The notes under the pieces: generated by a model
Told to the model about the DNA's origin: nothing
Seen by the model: the letters and a program-made list of their open reading frames with translations, nothing else
Databases searched by the model: none
Shown: positions 13,744-22,934 of the stretch, one piece after another
Numbering within the stretch: the stretch's first letter is position 1
Layout: each line of letters begins with the position of its first letter
Made by a program: the position numbers and the translations under genes
Source: Candidatus Methylospira mobilis
Lineage (GTDB): Bacteria; Pseudomonadota; Gammaproteobacteria; Methylococcales; Methylococcaceae
Assembly (NCBI RefSeq): GCF_009498235.1
Contig: NZ_CP044205.1
Span: forward strand, 1,705,389 to 1,737,388
Length of the DNA stretch: 32,000 bases
Direction: 5' to 3'

Positions 13744-14688
13744 ATGATGTCTACCCCGAAAGTTACGCTGGAACAATGGCGTACGCTGGTGTCCGTAGTG
13801 GAGGCGGGCGGCTATGCGCAGGCGGCGGAGCAACTCCACAAGAGTCAATCGACATTGACCTATGCGGTACAGAAGCTGGAGCGTCTGCTGGGCGTCAATG
13901 TGTTCGAAATCCTAGGCCGTAAAGCGGAATTGACCTCTGCTGGTCAGGTGCTCTACCGGCGCGGGAAGACGCTGATCGATGAAGCCGTTCGTCTGGAACG
14001 TGCGGCTGTCAGTTTGGCGTCAGGATGGGAGCCGGAACTGCGCATCGCGGTTGATACGATTTTTCCGACATGGCTGTTGCTGGAATGTTTTGCGCGCTTT
14101 GCCGAGGAGCACCCTGAAACACGCATAGAACTCATCGAATCGGTGTTGTACGGCACGCATGAGTCCTTGCTTGAGGGACATGTCGATCTGGCAATCGGTC
14201 CTTTGATACCGCCGGGATTTATGGGGGATACGATCATGAATCTGCGCTTTATTGCTGTGGCCCATCCCGATCATCCGTTACACCGGCTTGACCGGGTGCT
14301 GACTTTGGAGGATTTGCGCCGGCACAGGCATCTGGTTATACGCGATAGCAGCAGGCAGCGCGCGCATACGCCGGTCTGGTTAAACGAACAGCGTTGGACG
14401 GTTGGCAACAAGGCCACGTCTATTCAGGCTGCATGCATGGGATTGGGGTATGCATGGTATGCCGAGGATAGCATACGCAAGGAGCTGGACGCCGGCCTGC
14501 TCAAGCCGTTGCCTTTGCGCGAAGGGGCGGAGCGCTGGGCGATGTTGTATCTCATTTTTGCCGACCGCGACGCTGCCGGCCCCGGCGCGTTGCGAATCGC
14601 CGGGATCATACGCGAAGGTCTTGCGCGGCATTGTCCCAGAGCGAGGGCGGCGGCTCCTGCGGCGAAAATGGAAAGCGAAAAAAGATAG
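13744..14688 (+). CDS. LysR-family transcriptional regulator
   Basis: 314 aa. The N-terminal wHTH (YAQAAEQLHKSQSTLTYAVQKLERLLGVNVFE) and a typical LysR substrate-binding body are present. The gene is divergent from the azoR/doxX/pirin cluster. Confidence 0.9.
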   Translation: MMSTPKVTLEQWRTLVSVVEAGGYAQAAEQLHKSQSTLTYAVQKLERLLGVNVFEILGRKAELTSAGQVLYRRGKTLIDEAVRLERAAVSLASGWEPELRIAVDTIFPTWLLLECFARFAEEHPETRIELIESVLYGTHESLLEGHVDLAIGPLIPPGFMGDTIMNLRFIAVAHPDHPLHRLDRVLTLEDLRRHRHLVIRDSSRQRAHTPVWLNEQRWTVGNKATSIQAACMGLGYAWYAEDSIRKELDAGLLKPLPLREGAERWAMLYLIFADRDAAGPGALRIAGIIREGLARHCPRARAAAPAAKMESEKR

Positions 14689-14896
14689 GGAAGAATATAA
14701 TTATTCAGCATGGCTGCTGAAAGAGGTAGCGCAGTGAGACATGCGACGCTCTCTGCGCCCAGGGATGCGTGCAGAGAGCCGCCGGGGCGGACTTGCTGCG
14801 TGGTTAATTTCCCCGGACACGCTTCCGCGTGTCTCGACCGGCTTGCCCCGCTTCGTGAAGGATACATGACTCAATCAATGTTTTCCTGGGCGGGTT

Positions 14897-16252
14897 TTAT
14901 CTGCCAAAACCAATTCGGCCTTTTTTAACTGTTTTGTATTTGTAAATTATCAGGCCATTTGATTGTTTCCAGTTAACTGGTTTCATGGGCTGTAAACTTC
15001 CGGGCAGGGGCATGAATTTATTTTTATCAATAAAGTGCTGCGTAATCCTTTCCGCTACTCGATCAGCGCCTTCGTGTTCAACGGAAAAAACAGAACGCGG
15101 TAATTTGGCGGCGCTGTCCAATTTTTCAGCCAAATATACCGGGTCGTCAATTTCTGAAATAGTTGCTAATTCTGTTAACCCCTTGTCATAAAATGCGCGT
15201 GCTCTTATTTGTTGTTCAAGATTGTTTTTCGCAAATTGCCTGGGAACGACTAGTAGTGGAATATTGGCTGACACCGCTTCAACTATCATATTGCCTCCAT
15301 GACAAATCAATAATGCGGCGTTCGACAACAGGTCTGGGAAGTCTGTTCTATTGTGCTCTACAATGATACGTCCGCCTGAGTCCTCTGCACTGGCCAGAGA
15401 AGAAATTTCCATAAGTGTTTCCGTAGAACAGCCGTGCGGAATTAATATTCTCCATATACGATTCTTGAATGAGGAAAATTTACGCGCGGCAATGCTTTTT
15501 TTATACAGCGTTATGCTGTCACGCGTCACGCCGCCGCCTGATGATACCAGCACTTCCCTGGTTTCATCGCGGATATCAGGGTCTTTCTGGCGAGGCCGGT
15601 ATCCGAAATAGCCGACATATTCTATATTTTGATATAAATGCTCCGGGATAGCGCCAATGCTGGCTTCCAGGGAAATAATGCTTTTATCGGCGCGCGCAAA
15701 AATGCTGCCCGCTTTAAAGTACTTATAAGCGATGGTATGGCGATCGTTATTCAAGCCGGGAGAGTCCGGGCTGGAGATTTTTGGTGGAAACATGATATCC
15801 CTCGCAATGGAATAGAGGCGAGGCGCCGGAGTCAGGTCTCGATTCTCGTCATTTTTGATGGCTTCCGCCAGAGGTATTAATTCGAAATCAAAATTTGCCC
15901 GGGCATAAGGCCACATCTCGGTGATGATTGCGTCCGGCCGAATGTCATAATAGACATTCAATAATTTTTCTTTTCTTTGTTTTCTGTACTCCATATCGGT
16001 TGAGAGGCTTTTTCCGTCAGGAGTAACGAGATTTGCTATTTTATAAGGATCGCTTTCAGGGGTTTTGAGCTTGAGTTGAGGTTGATAAATCATATTGGCT
16101 TTCCCGAAATCAAAGTGATCGGTATGCGCTTTGCTGCTTGTAATAACGGATACCTCCCATCCCTTTTCCTGTAATTTTCGCGCAAGTTCGGACTGGACTC
16201 TGGCATGTCCGCTTCCAACCAGCGATTCTCCCCATATAAGTGCTTTTGGCAT
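14897..16252 (-). CDS. GT-B fold glycosyltransferase (Glyco_tran_28_C/MurG-like C-terminal half, COG4671-like)
   Basis: Track ORF trimmed to the ATG at 16252, with AGGAG upstream on the minus strand; 451 aa. The N-terminus is ALIWGESLVGSGHARVQSELARKL. The C-terminal nucleotide-sugar-binding-like block is LLICHGGNMIVEAVSANIPLLVVPRQFAKNNLEQQIRA. The gene is markedly AT-richer than its neighbours. The donor sugar and acceptor are unknown. Confidence 0.6.
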   Translation of the reverse strand: MPKALIWGESLVGSGHARVQSELARKLQEKGWEVSVITSSKAHTDHFDFGKANMIYQPQLKLKTPESDPYKIANLVTPDGKSLSTDMEYRKQRKEKLLNVYYDIRPDAIITEMWPYARANFDFELIPLAEAIKNDENRDLTPAPRLYSIARDIMFPPKISSPDSPGLNNDRHTIAYKYFKAGSIFARADKSIISLEASIGAIPEHLYQNIEYVGYFGYRPRQKDPDIRDETREVLVSSGGGVTRDSITLYKKSIAARKFSSFKNRIWRILIPHGCSTETLMEISSLASAEDSGGRIIVEHNRTDFPDLLSNAALLICHGGNMIVEAVSANIPLLVVPRQFAKNNLEQQIRARAFYDKGLTELATISEIDDPVYLAEKLDSAAKLPRSVFSVEHEGADRVAERITQHFIDKNKFMPLPGSLQPMKPVNWKQSNGLIIYKYKTVKKGRIGFGR

Positions 16253-16299
16253 GTATGATCTCCTGGTGTTAGAAAGCTTTAATAAACGGCGGTAATTAT

Positions 16300-16992
16300 T
16301 CAAGCCCTGGCAACGGCCCATACTTGTACCTGTTCAGCTCCAGCCTTGCGCAACACGCCAGCCAGTTCATTTACGGTTGTGCCGGTGGTAACGACGTCGT
16401 CGATGATGGCGACGCGCTTGCAGGATAGCCTGGCCTTGCAGGCAAAGGCGCCCTTCAAATTGGCGCGCCGCTCATTCGCATGCAGTTCCGCTTGCGATTG
16501 GGTTTTGCGTATGCGCACGCAGTTGTCGAACGCCAGTGGAATCGACAATTGTTTCGATAGCGTGCGCGCGATTTCCAGAGACTGGTTGAAGCCGCGCTGG
16601 CGATAACGCGCCGGGTGCAGCGGCACGGGTATGAGACAATCCGGCTTTGCACCGATAATTTGCAGCGTGTCGGTCATCAACTGCCCCAGCAGACGCGCGC
16701 AGGCGTAGTTGGCGTGGAATTTCAGGTGATGGATCAGGAAGCGGATGCCGTCCTGGTATTGAAAAATGGCCTGAGTGGTGTCGAATGCAGGCGGATTTTT
16801 CATGCAAATGCCGCAGATATCGATACCCGTGCCCGGTAGTGCGATGCCGCAACGCGCGCAGGCCGGGTTGTTGCGCGGCAATGCGTTTTCGCAGGCCTGA
16901 CAAAGGTCGCGATTGTGCTGACCGTCTTCTCCACACAATAGACAGGTTGGCGGATAAAGCCAGTCCTGTATAATTGTCGACCAATCGTTCAT
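16300..16992 (-). CDS. comF: ComF-family protein (ComFC/GntX-like phosphoribosyltransferase)
   Basis: 230 aa. N-terminal Cys pairs (CLLCG..CQAC, CARCG..CGIC) and the PRTase motif VAIIDDVVTTGTT are present. The position divergent from bioB is common in proteobacteria. Confidence 0.85.
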   Translation of the reverse strand: MNDWSTIIQDWLYPPTCLLCGEDGQHNRDLCQACENALPRNNPACARCGIALPGTGIDICGICMKNPPAFDTTQAIFQYQDGIRFLIHHLKFHANYACARLLGQLMTDTLQIIGAKPDCLIPVPLHPARYRQRGFNQSLEIARTLSKQLSIPLAFDNCVRIRKTQSQAELHANERRANLKGAFACKARLSCKRVAIIDDVVTTGTTVNELAGVLRKAGAEQVQVWAVARA

Positions 16993-17062
16993 GTTTTATA
17001 CTGCTTCCAGTTGACGAACATGTGCGGTGTTACCCGGTGATTTGTGTCAGGAGAATAACAAA

Positions 17063-18115
17063 ATGCTTATCCGATCGATAGATGCAGACGAAGCAACAGG
17101 CTGCGTTCCGACTATGCCGGAGTACGAGCTACGTCATGATTGGCGTTTACAAGAGATTGAAGCGCTGTTTGCGCTGTCGTTTCCCGATCTTCTGTTCCGC
17201 GCGCAAAGTACGCATCGCCGCCATTTCGATCCGAACACGGTGCAGGTCAGCAGTTTATTGAGCATCAAAACCGGAGCCTGTTCGGAGGATTGCGCGTATT
17301 GTCCGCAGAGCGCTCGCTACGACACTGGCCTTCCGCGCGAAGATCTGTTGCCGGTGGAGGAAGTCATCGCTGCCGCGCGTGTCGCGCAAGAACAGGGCGC
17401 TTCACGCTTTTGCATGGGGGCGGCCTGGCGCAGTCCCCGGGATAAGGATATCGACCGTGTGGTTGCAATGGTCGAAGGTGTGCGTGAGCTGGGTCTGGAA
17501 ACCTGCATGACTCTCGGCATGTTGAGCGACGGCCAGACTGCGCGTCTCAAGGAGGCCGGTCTCGATTATTACAATCACAATCTGGATACTTCCGAAGCGT
17601 ATTATTCGGAGATCATTACTACGCGCACCTACCAGGACCGTCTCGATACTTTAAAGCGCGTACGCGATGCCGGTATCAACGTGTGTTGCGGCGGCATCGT
17701 CGGTATGGGCGAAAGTGACAGCGATCGTTCAGGCTTATTGCTGGAGCTGGCTAATTTGCCCAAACATCCGGAAAGCGTGCCGATTAATATGCTGGTGCGT
17801 ATGGAAGGCACGCCGCTGGCCGGCGACGCGAAGCTGGACCCACTGGTGTTTGTACGCACCATCGCGGTGGCGCGTATCCTGATGCCGCGGTCGTATGTGC
17901 GCCTGTCCGCCGGGCGCACCGATATGAGCGATGAAATGCAGGCTTTATGTTTTCTGGCCGGCGCCAATTCCATTTTTTACGGTGAAAAACTGCTGACGGC
18001 TGCGAACCCTGCTGCTTCCCACGACCGGCAACTGCTGGCGCGGCTGGGGATGCGGATGGCGGGGACAACGGTTGAATATATGGAAAAAGCGAGCGAGCGC
18101 CGGGGCCTTGCTTAA
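17063..18115 (+). CDS. bioB: Biotin synthase
   Basis: Radical-SAM CSEDCAYC motif, YNHNLDT and other blocks, collinear with E. coli BioB. ATG 17063 has AGGAG 9 nt upstream and is preferred over the GTG at 17027 used by the track. Confidence 0.93.
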   Translation: MLIRSIDADEATGCVPTMPEYELRHDWRLQEIEALFALSFPDLLFRAQSTHRRHFDPNTVQVSSLLSIKTGACSEDCAYCPQSARYDTGLPREDLLPVEEVIAAARVAQEQGASRFCMGAAWRSPRDKDIDRVVAMVEGVRELGLETCMTLGMLSDGQTARLKEAGLDYYNHNLDTSEAYYSEIITTRTYQDRLDTLKRVRDAGINVCCGGIVGMGESDSDRSGLLLELANLPKHPESVPINMLVRMEGTPLAGDAKLDPLVFVRTIAVARILMPRSYVRLSAGRTDMSDEMQALCFLAGANSIFYGEKLLTAANPAASHDRQLLARLGMRMAGTTVEYMEKASERRGLA

Positions 18116-19277
18116 TAATCGGCTGGCAATACGTCTGGCCGAGATCAAACGGCAGGGGCTGTACCGCTCGCGGCGTATTGCAACCGCGACCGGCGGCGCC
18201 GCGGAAGTTTTCAGCGACGGACGACGCTTGATCAATTTTTCCAGTAACGATTATCTGGGGCTGGCTCAACATCCTGAAGTGGTTGCGGCAATGGTTCGGG
18301 GCGCGCAGCGCTGGGGGGCCGGCAGCGGCGCGTCACATCTGGTCTCCGGGCATGGCGGCGCGCATCAGGCGCTGGAAGAAGCGCTGGCCGACTATACCGG
18401 GCGTGAGCGCGCATTACTGTTTTCCACCGGTTATATGGCCAATCTCGGTGTGGTCGGCGCGTTGGCCGAGCGCGGCGGCGCCGTGTTCGAAGACCGGTTG
18501 AATCATGCCTCTTTGCTGGATGCGGCCTTGCTGTCCGGGGCCGGACTACGACGATATGCACATCGCGATATCGGGCATCTTGCCGATCTGATGAGCGCGG
18601 GCGTCAAACCGGGGTCCATGGTCGTGAGCGATGGCGTGTTCAGCATGGATGGCGACGCGGCCCCGGTTGTCGAGCTGGCGGCGATGGCGCGTAGCGCGCA
18701 GGCCTGGTTTATGGTGGATGACGCCCATGGTTTGGGCGTGATGGGCGACAGCGGGCGTGGTGTGCTGGAATTGGCTGGCCTGGATCAGAGTGCGGTGCCG
18801 GTGCTGGTAGGCACGCTGGGTAAAGCCTTCGGTGTATTTGGCGCATTCGTCGCCGGAAGCGAAGCCTTGATCGAGTATCTGATTCAGCGCGCCCGATCCT
18901 ATATATACACCACGGCCTTGCCGCCGGCAGTGGCCGAGGCGGCGTTGCAAAGCCTGCAAATCGCACAGACGGAAGCATGGCGGCGAGAAAAGCTGAAGGA
19001 GCTGATTGCGTATTTTCGCGAAGAAGGATTGCGTATGGGGTTGAACCTGCTGCCTTCGACTACGCCGGTACAGCCGGTATTGATTGGTGATAATACGCGG
19101 GCGATGGCAATCTCCCTGGCATTAAACGATGCCGGTTTTCTGGTGAGCGCGATACGTCCGCCTACGGTGCCTGCGGGCACCGCGCGTTTACGCATTACGC
19201 TGTCGGCAGTTCATGAGCGCGAGCAAGTGGGACGGCTGTTGGAAATATTGGGACATATAGCAGGGCAACCCGGATGA
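18072..19277 (+). CDS. bioF: 8-amino-7-oxononanoate synthase
   Basis: [10 protein letters not shown], the PLP-lysine block GTLGKAFG, and [15 protein letters not shown], collinear with E. coli BioF. There is no ATG near the 5' end. Candidate starts are TTG 18072 (track), TTG 18108 and CTG 18123, so the start is uncertain. The 5' end overlaps the end of bioB. Confidence 0.88.
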   Translation: MNIWKKRASAGALLNNRLAIRLAEIKRQGLYRSRRIATATGGAAEVFSDGRRLINFSSNDYLGLAQHPEVVAAMVRGAQRWGAGSGASHLVSGHGGAHQALEEALADYTGRERALLFSTGYMANLGVVGALAERGGAVFEDRLNHASLLDAALLSGAGLRRYAHRDIGHLADLMSAGVKPGSMVVSDGVFSMDGDAAPVVELAAMARSAQAWFMVDDAHGLGVMGDSGRGVLELAGLDQSAVPVLVGTLGKAFGVFGAFVAGSEALIEYLIQRARSYIYTTALPPAVAEAALQSLQIAQTEAWRREKLKELIAYFREEGLRMGLNLLPSTTPVQPVLIGDNTRAMAISLALNDAGFLVSAIRPPTVPAGTARLRITLSAVHEREQVGRLLEILGHIAGQPG

Positions 19278-20068
19278 GTTCATCCATTTTTCGAGAAACG
19301 CTGGGAGCAGGGGTGGACGTGGTCATGATACACGGATGGGGTATGCATTCGGGGGTCTGGCGGCCTTTTGCGCAGACGCTGTCGCCGTACTGCCGCGTGA
19401 CGCTGCTCGATTTACCCGGGCATGGCGCCAGCCGGGCCGGAGCCGATCTGAGTCTGGATGGGATTGCGCAGGCTCTGCTGGCCAATGCGCCGGAACGAGC
19501 GCATTGGCTGGGCTGGTCGCTGGGCGCGACGCTGGCTTTGTATATCGCCAGGCATTATCCGCAACGCGCGCTCAGTGTGACGTTATTGGCGGGCAGCGCC
19601 CGTTTTACCCAGGCGGGGCATTGGCCGCATGCGATGGAGCAAGCCGTTTTTGCCCGGTTTGCTCAGGGTCTGATGGACGATTATCACGCGACCGTCCTGC
19701 GCTTTCTTGGTTTGCAGACCTGGGGGTTGCCGAATGCCCGGCTGGTATTGAAGCAATTGCAGGTAACGCTGGCGCAACGCGCGGAGCCGGATCGGCGCGC
19801 GCTGATGGCGGGACTGATCATATTGCGCGACATCGATCTGCTGGAAGCTTTGCCGTCTCTGAACATGCCGTTGCTGGTTATGCTGGGAGGCCGCGACCGC
19901 TTGGTCCCTTCCGAGGCCGGCAGCGCTATAGCTGTGCTGGCGGATCAGGCCGAATATTGCCTGATCGAAGGGGCGGGGCATATCCCTTTTATAAGCCACG
20001 CCGATTTGTGCCGGGAGCGTTTGCTCGCTTTTTGGGTGCGGTATGATTGCCGTCAGTCGTCATTATAA
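19274..20068 (+). CDS. bioH: Pimeloyl-ACP methyl ester carboxylesterase
   Basis: Alpha/beta hydrolase with the HGWG oxyanion region and the GWSLGA nucleophile elbow. It has an ATGA start/stop overlap with bioF and sits in bioH position within a bioBFHCD operon. Confidence 0.85.
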   Translation: MSSSIFRETLGAGVDVVMIHGWGMHSGVWRPFAQTLSPYCRVTLLDLPGHGASRAGADLSLDGIAQALLANAPERAHWLGWSLGATLALYIARHYPQRALSVTLLAGSARFTQAGHWPHAMEQAVFARFAQGLMDDYHATVLRFLGLQTWGLPNARLVLKQLQVTLAQRAEPDRRALMAGLIILRDIDLLEALPSLNMPLLVMLGGRDRLVPSEAGSAIAVLADQAEYCLIEGAGHIPFISHADLCRERLLAFWVRYDCRQSSL

Positions 20069-20837
20069 ACAACGCGTCAGCCGTTCCTTCGGAAGGGCCG
20101 CCCACGGTTACGACGGAGTGGCTGCGTTGCAGCGCGAGGTGGGCGACGCGTTGCTGCTTGGACTCGATGGTCTCGATATACAGCCTGCCCGCGTGCTCGA
20201 TCTTGGTTCCGGGACCGGCTATTGTACTTCCCGGTTAATTCAGTATTTCCCTGATGCGCAGCTTATCGCATTGGATATCGCCCGTGAAATGCTGAGTTTC
20301 ATGCGCCTGTCTACTGCGCAGTGTCAGTCTGTTTGTGCGGATGCGGAGGCTTTGCCGTTGGCGGAGGGTTGCGTGGATTTGACTGTGTCCAATCTGGCTT
20401 TGCAATGGTGCCGGGAACCGGCAACCGCTTTTGCCGGACTCGCTCGGGTTTTAAGTGGTGGAGGGTATCTGGTATTCAGCACTCTGGGGAGGGATACTTT
20501 GGCGGAACTGAAGCATGCCTGGCGGCAAGTTGATGATAAGCAACATGTAAATAGCTTTCTATCTTTTGCCGAATGGAATGCATTGCTGCAGGCCGCCGGT
20601 TTCGAAGTGATGATGTCGCACAGTGAAGTAATTTCGCTGTTTTACGCGGATGTGTACGGTCTGATGCGCGAACTGAAAATGCTGGGCGCGCGCAATCAGG
20701 CGGAGGATCGTCCACGGTATCTGACCGGACGGCGCGCGATGGCGCGCATGATTTCGGCATACCAGGCAGCAATGCCGGATCAGCGCATACGCGCCGGATT
20801 TGACGTGATTCAGATGGTTGCAAGGAAGATAGTGTAG
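20043..20837 (+). CDS. bioC: Malonyl-ACP O-methyltransferase
   Basis: Class I SAM methyltransferase motif VLDLGSGTG. It overlaps the end of bioH by 26 nt, in the expected operon position. Confidence 0.85.
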   Translation: MIAVSRHYKQRVSRSFGRAAHGYDGVAALQREVGDALLLGLDGLDIQPARVLDLGSGTGYCTSRLIQYFPDAQLIALDIAREMLSFMRLSTAQCQSVCADAEALPLAEGCVDLTVSNLALQWCREPATAFAGLARVLSGGGYLVFSTLGRDTLAELKHAWRQVDDKQHVNSFLSFAEWNALLQAAGFEVMMSHSEVISLFYADVYGLMRELKMLGARNQAEDRPRYLTGRRAMARMISAYQAAMPDQRIRAGFDVIQMVARKIV

Positions 20838-21532
20838 TGGCCGGTTTTTTTATAACAGGAACCGATACCGGCGTTGGTAAAACCTGGGTTGCGCTGGCTT
20901 TGATGCACGCCTTGCAGACGCAGGGGTTGCACGTCCTGGGAATGAAGCCGGTGGCAACCGGGTGTGATTGGATAGACGGCGAGCTGCGCAATGAGGATGC
21001 ATTGTTATTGCAGCGTCAGGCCAGCCGCATACTGCCTTATTCTCAGGTAAACCCCTATGCGTATCAGCTTCCGGTTGCGCCCGATATTGCGGCCAAACGG
21101 GAGAACTTCCCTGTTAATATCGACCATATTGTGGCCCAATGCCGCGTGCTTGAGGCGTCCGCGGATAGCGTGCTGGTCGAAGGTGTCGGCGGTTGGACTG
21201 TGCCGCTGGGCGAGAGCGTGAAAGTCGCGGATATGGCTTTATGCCTGAAGCTGCCGGTAATCCTGGTGGTGGGGTTGCGCCTGGGTTGCATTAATCACGC
21301 TTTGCTGACATGGGACGCCATGGTGCGCAGCGGTGTAACGGTAGCCGGTTGGGTTGCCAGCGAGTGCGAACGCTCATTCGAGTTTAGCGATGAAACGCTG
21401 GTCACCCTGCAGCGTGAAATGAATATTGCCTGCATAACGCGCGTCTTTGCCATATCACGAAATGATTTGTTGAGCCAGATCAATTTTAACGCTGACGCAA
21501 TGGCTAAAATCTTGCCAAGAATGTGGGGATAA
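20837..21532 (+). CDS. bioD: Dethiobiotin synthetase
   Basis: N-terminal P-loop GTDTGVGKT. The GTG start overlaps the bioC stop by 1 nt (taGTG). Confidence 0.9.
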   Translation: MAGFFITGTDTGVGKTWVALALMHALQTQGLHVLGMKPVATGCDWIDGELRNEDALLLQRQASRILPYSQVNPYAYQLPVAPDIAAKRENFPVNIDHIVAQCRVLEASADSVLVEGVGGWTVPLGESVKVADMALCLKLPVILVVGLRLGCINHALLTWDAMVRSGVTVAGWVASECERSFEFSDETLVTLQREMNIACITRVFAISRNDLLSQINFNADAMAKILPRMWG

Positions 21533-21784
21533 GTTACATTCATCCGCATTCATAAAACAGGATCAAGCTCCTTGCCGGAGCGATCAGGCATGGGAGCAGC
21601 CGGCCGTGTGCGCGGATAGCGCCGTTGGAACGGCAGGCTGGTGTTGCAAACCAGCAACGAACAGGAATACCGCCGCTCGGAAAGGGAAGCCCGGGTGCAA
21701 TAAAAAGACAAACGCGCGGTGCTGGTCCGGCAAGGGCCTCATTAAGCGGATGACAAACTATTTTTAGACTGAGGAGATTACTCC

Positions 21785-22903
21785 GTGAAAACAATTAGGC
21801 GACTGCTTGCAGTTCTGGCGGTGATGTTGGGGGGAAGTGCGCACGCGGATTACGCGTTGAACTTGCCGGTTGGGGTTACCGAAACCAGCCGGGAAATACA
21901 CGATTTGCACATGCTGATACTGTGGATATGCGTGGCGATAGGCGTGCTGGTTTACGGCTTGATGACCTACTCCATTATCTATCACCGTAAATCCAAGGGA
22001 GCAGTCCCCGCGAAGTTTCATGAGAATACCAGGCTGGAAATCGTCTGGACGCTGATACCGTTCCTGATTCTTTTTGCGATGGCGGTACCTGCAACGCGGG
22101 TCATGATCAAGGCTTACGACGCCAGCGCCGCCGACATGAGCATCAAGGTGACCGGTTATCAGTGGAAATGGCGTTATACCTATCAGGAAGACGGTATCGA
22201 TTTTTTCAGTTCGCTTGATGCCGAAAGCAACAAGGCGCGCCAGATAGGTTCCGGCATTAATCCTGAGAGCGTCCCGCATTACCTGCTAAATGTCGATAAC
22301 CCGATGGTTATCCCGGTCAACAAGAAAATACGCATACTGTTGACGGCCGCGGATGTGCTGCACGCATGGTGGGTGCCCGAATTCGGCTGGAAAAAAGACG
22401 CGATACCCGGTTTTGTGACCGATGGCTGGATTAAGGTAGAAAAGCCCGGAACCTACCGCGGTCAGTGCGCCGAACTGTGCGGACGCGACCACGGGTTCAT
22501 GCCTATCGTCGTAATCGCCAAAACGGATGAGGAATACAAGGCCTGGGTTGAAGAGCAAAAAGCCAAGACTGCAGTGAAAAAAGCCGACGCAAACAAGACC
22601 TATACCATGGCAGAGCTGATGGAGAAGGGTAAAGCGGTTTACGACTCGAATTGCGCAGCCTGCCACATGCCGAACGGTGACGGCATGCCGGGGGCCTTTC
22701 CCGCCATCAAGGGCAGCCCTGTAGCCAACGGACCGGTTGAAGAACACATCAAACTGGTTGCCAAGGGCCGCAATGCGATGCCGGCATTCGATGAAGTACT
22801 GGCGGATGATGAGCTTGCGTCCGTGGTTGTATATCAGCGCAACAGCTTTGGCAACAGCAAGGGCGAGCTGGTTCAGCCAGCTGATATTCAAAAGCAACAA
22901 TAA
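21785..22903 (+). CDS. coxB: Cytochrome c oxidase subunit II with a fused C-terminal cytochrome c domain
   Basis: The GTG start has GAGGAG 8 nt upstream. A signal peptide and two TMs are followed by the CuA site HAWWVPEFG...CAELCGRDHGFM and a C-terminal CAACH haem-c motif. Confidence 0.93.
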   Translation: MKTIRRLLAVLAVMLGGSAHADYALNLPVGVTETSREIHDLHMLILWICVAIGVLVYGLMTYSIIYHRKSKGAVPAKFHENTRLEIVWTLIPFLILFAMAVPATRVMIKAYDASAADMSIKVTGYQWKWRYTYQEDGIDFFSSLDAESNKARQIGSGINPESVPHYLLNVDNPMVIPVNKKIRILLTAADVLHAWWVPEFGWKKDAIPGFVTDGWIKVEKPGTYRGQCAELCGRDHGFMPIVVIAKTDEEYKAWVEEQKAKTAVKKADANKTYTMAELMEKGKAVYDSNCAACHMPNGDGMPGAFPAIKGSPVANGPVEEHIKLVAKGRNAMPAFDEVLADDELASVVVYQRNSFGNSKGELVQPADIQKQQ

Positions 22904-22934
22904 TATATTTAACTCGATTTAGAGGAATAGGGCT

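Noticed and set aside
14424-14928. ORFs 14424-14867 (minus) and 14710-14928 (plus) downstream of lysR
   Set aside because: The minus ORF is mostly antisense to the lysR 3' end. The plus ORF has no RBS and no recognisable features. I treat 14689-14896 as non-coding spacer or an insertion scar next to the low-GC glycosyltransferase. A 7-bp hairpin (GACACGC-ttcc-GCGTGTC, 14816-14833) lacks a U-run.
16993-17062. Search for a BirA/bioO-type palindromic operator upstream of bioB
   Set aside because: I found no convincing TGTAAACC-like inverted repeat. Only a TTGACG hexamer without a matching -10 is present, so regulation of the bio operon cannot be read from this sequence.
19336-20046. 236-aa plus-strand ORF inside bioH
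   Set aside because: It is an alternative frame of bioH, which has the GWSLGA hydrolase signature. The composition is Arg/Gly/Ala-rich shadow.
21676-21740. Cobalamin-riboswitch-like string GAAAGGGAAGCCCGGGTGCAA upstream of coxB
   Set aside because: It resembles the AGGGAA..GGTGC.AA core of B12 riboswitches. However, the complementary P-stem partner, the GCCACTG element and the B12 box (AGCC..GACC.GCC-like) are not present downstream. A B12 switch before an aa3 oxidase also has no rationale. The resemblance is probably chance, and cmscan with RF00174 would settle it.
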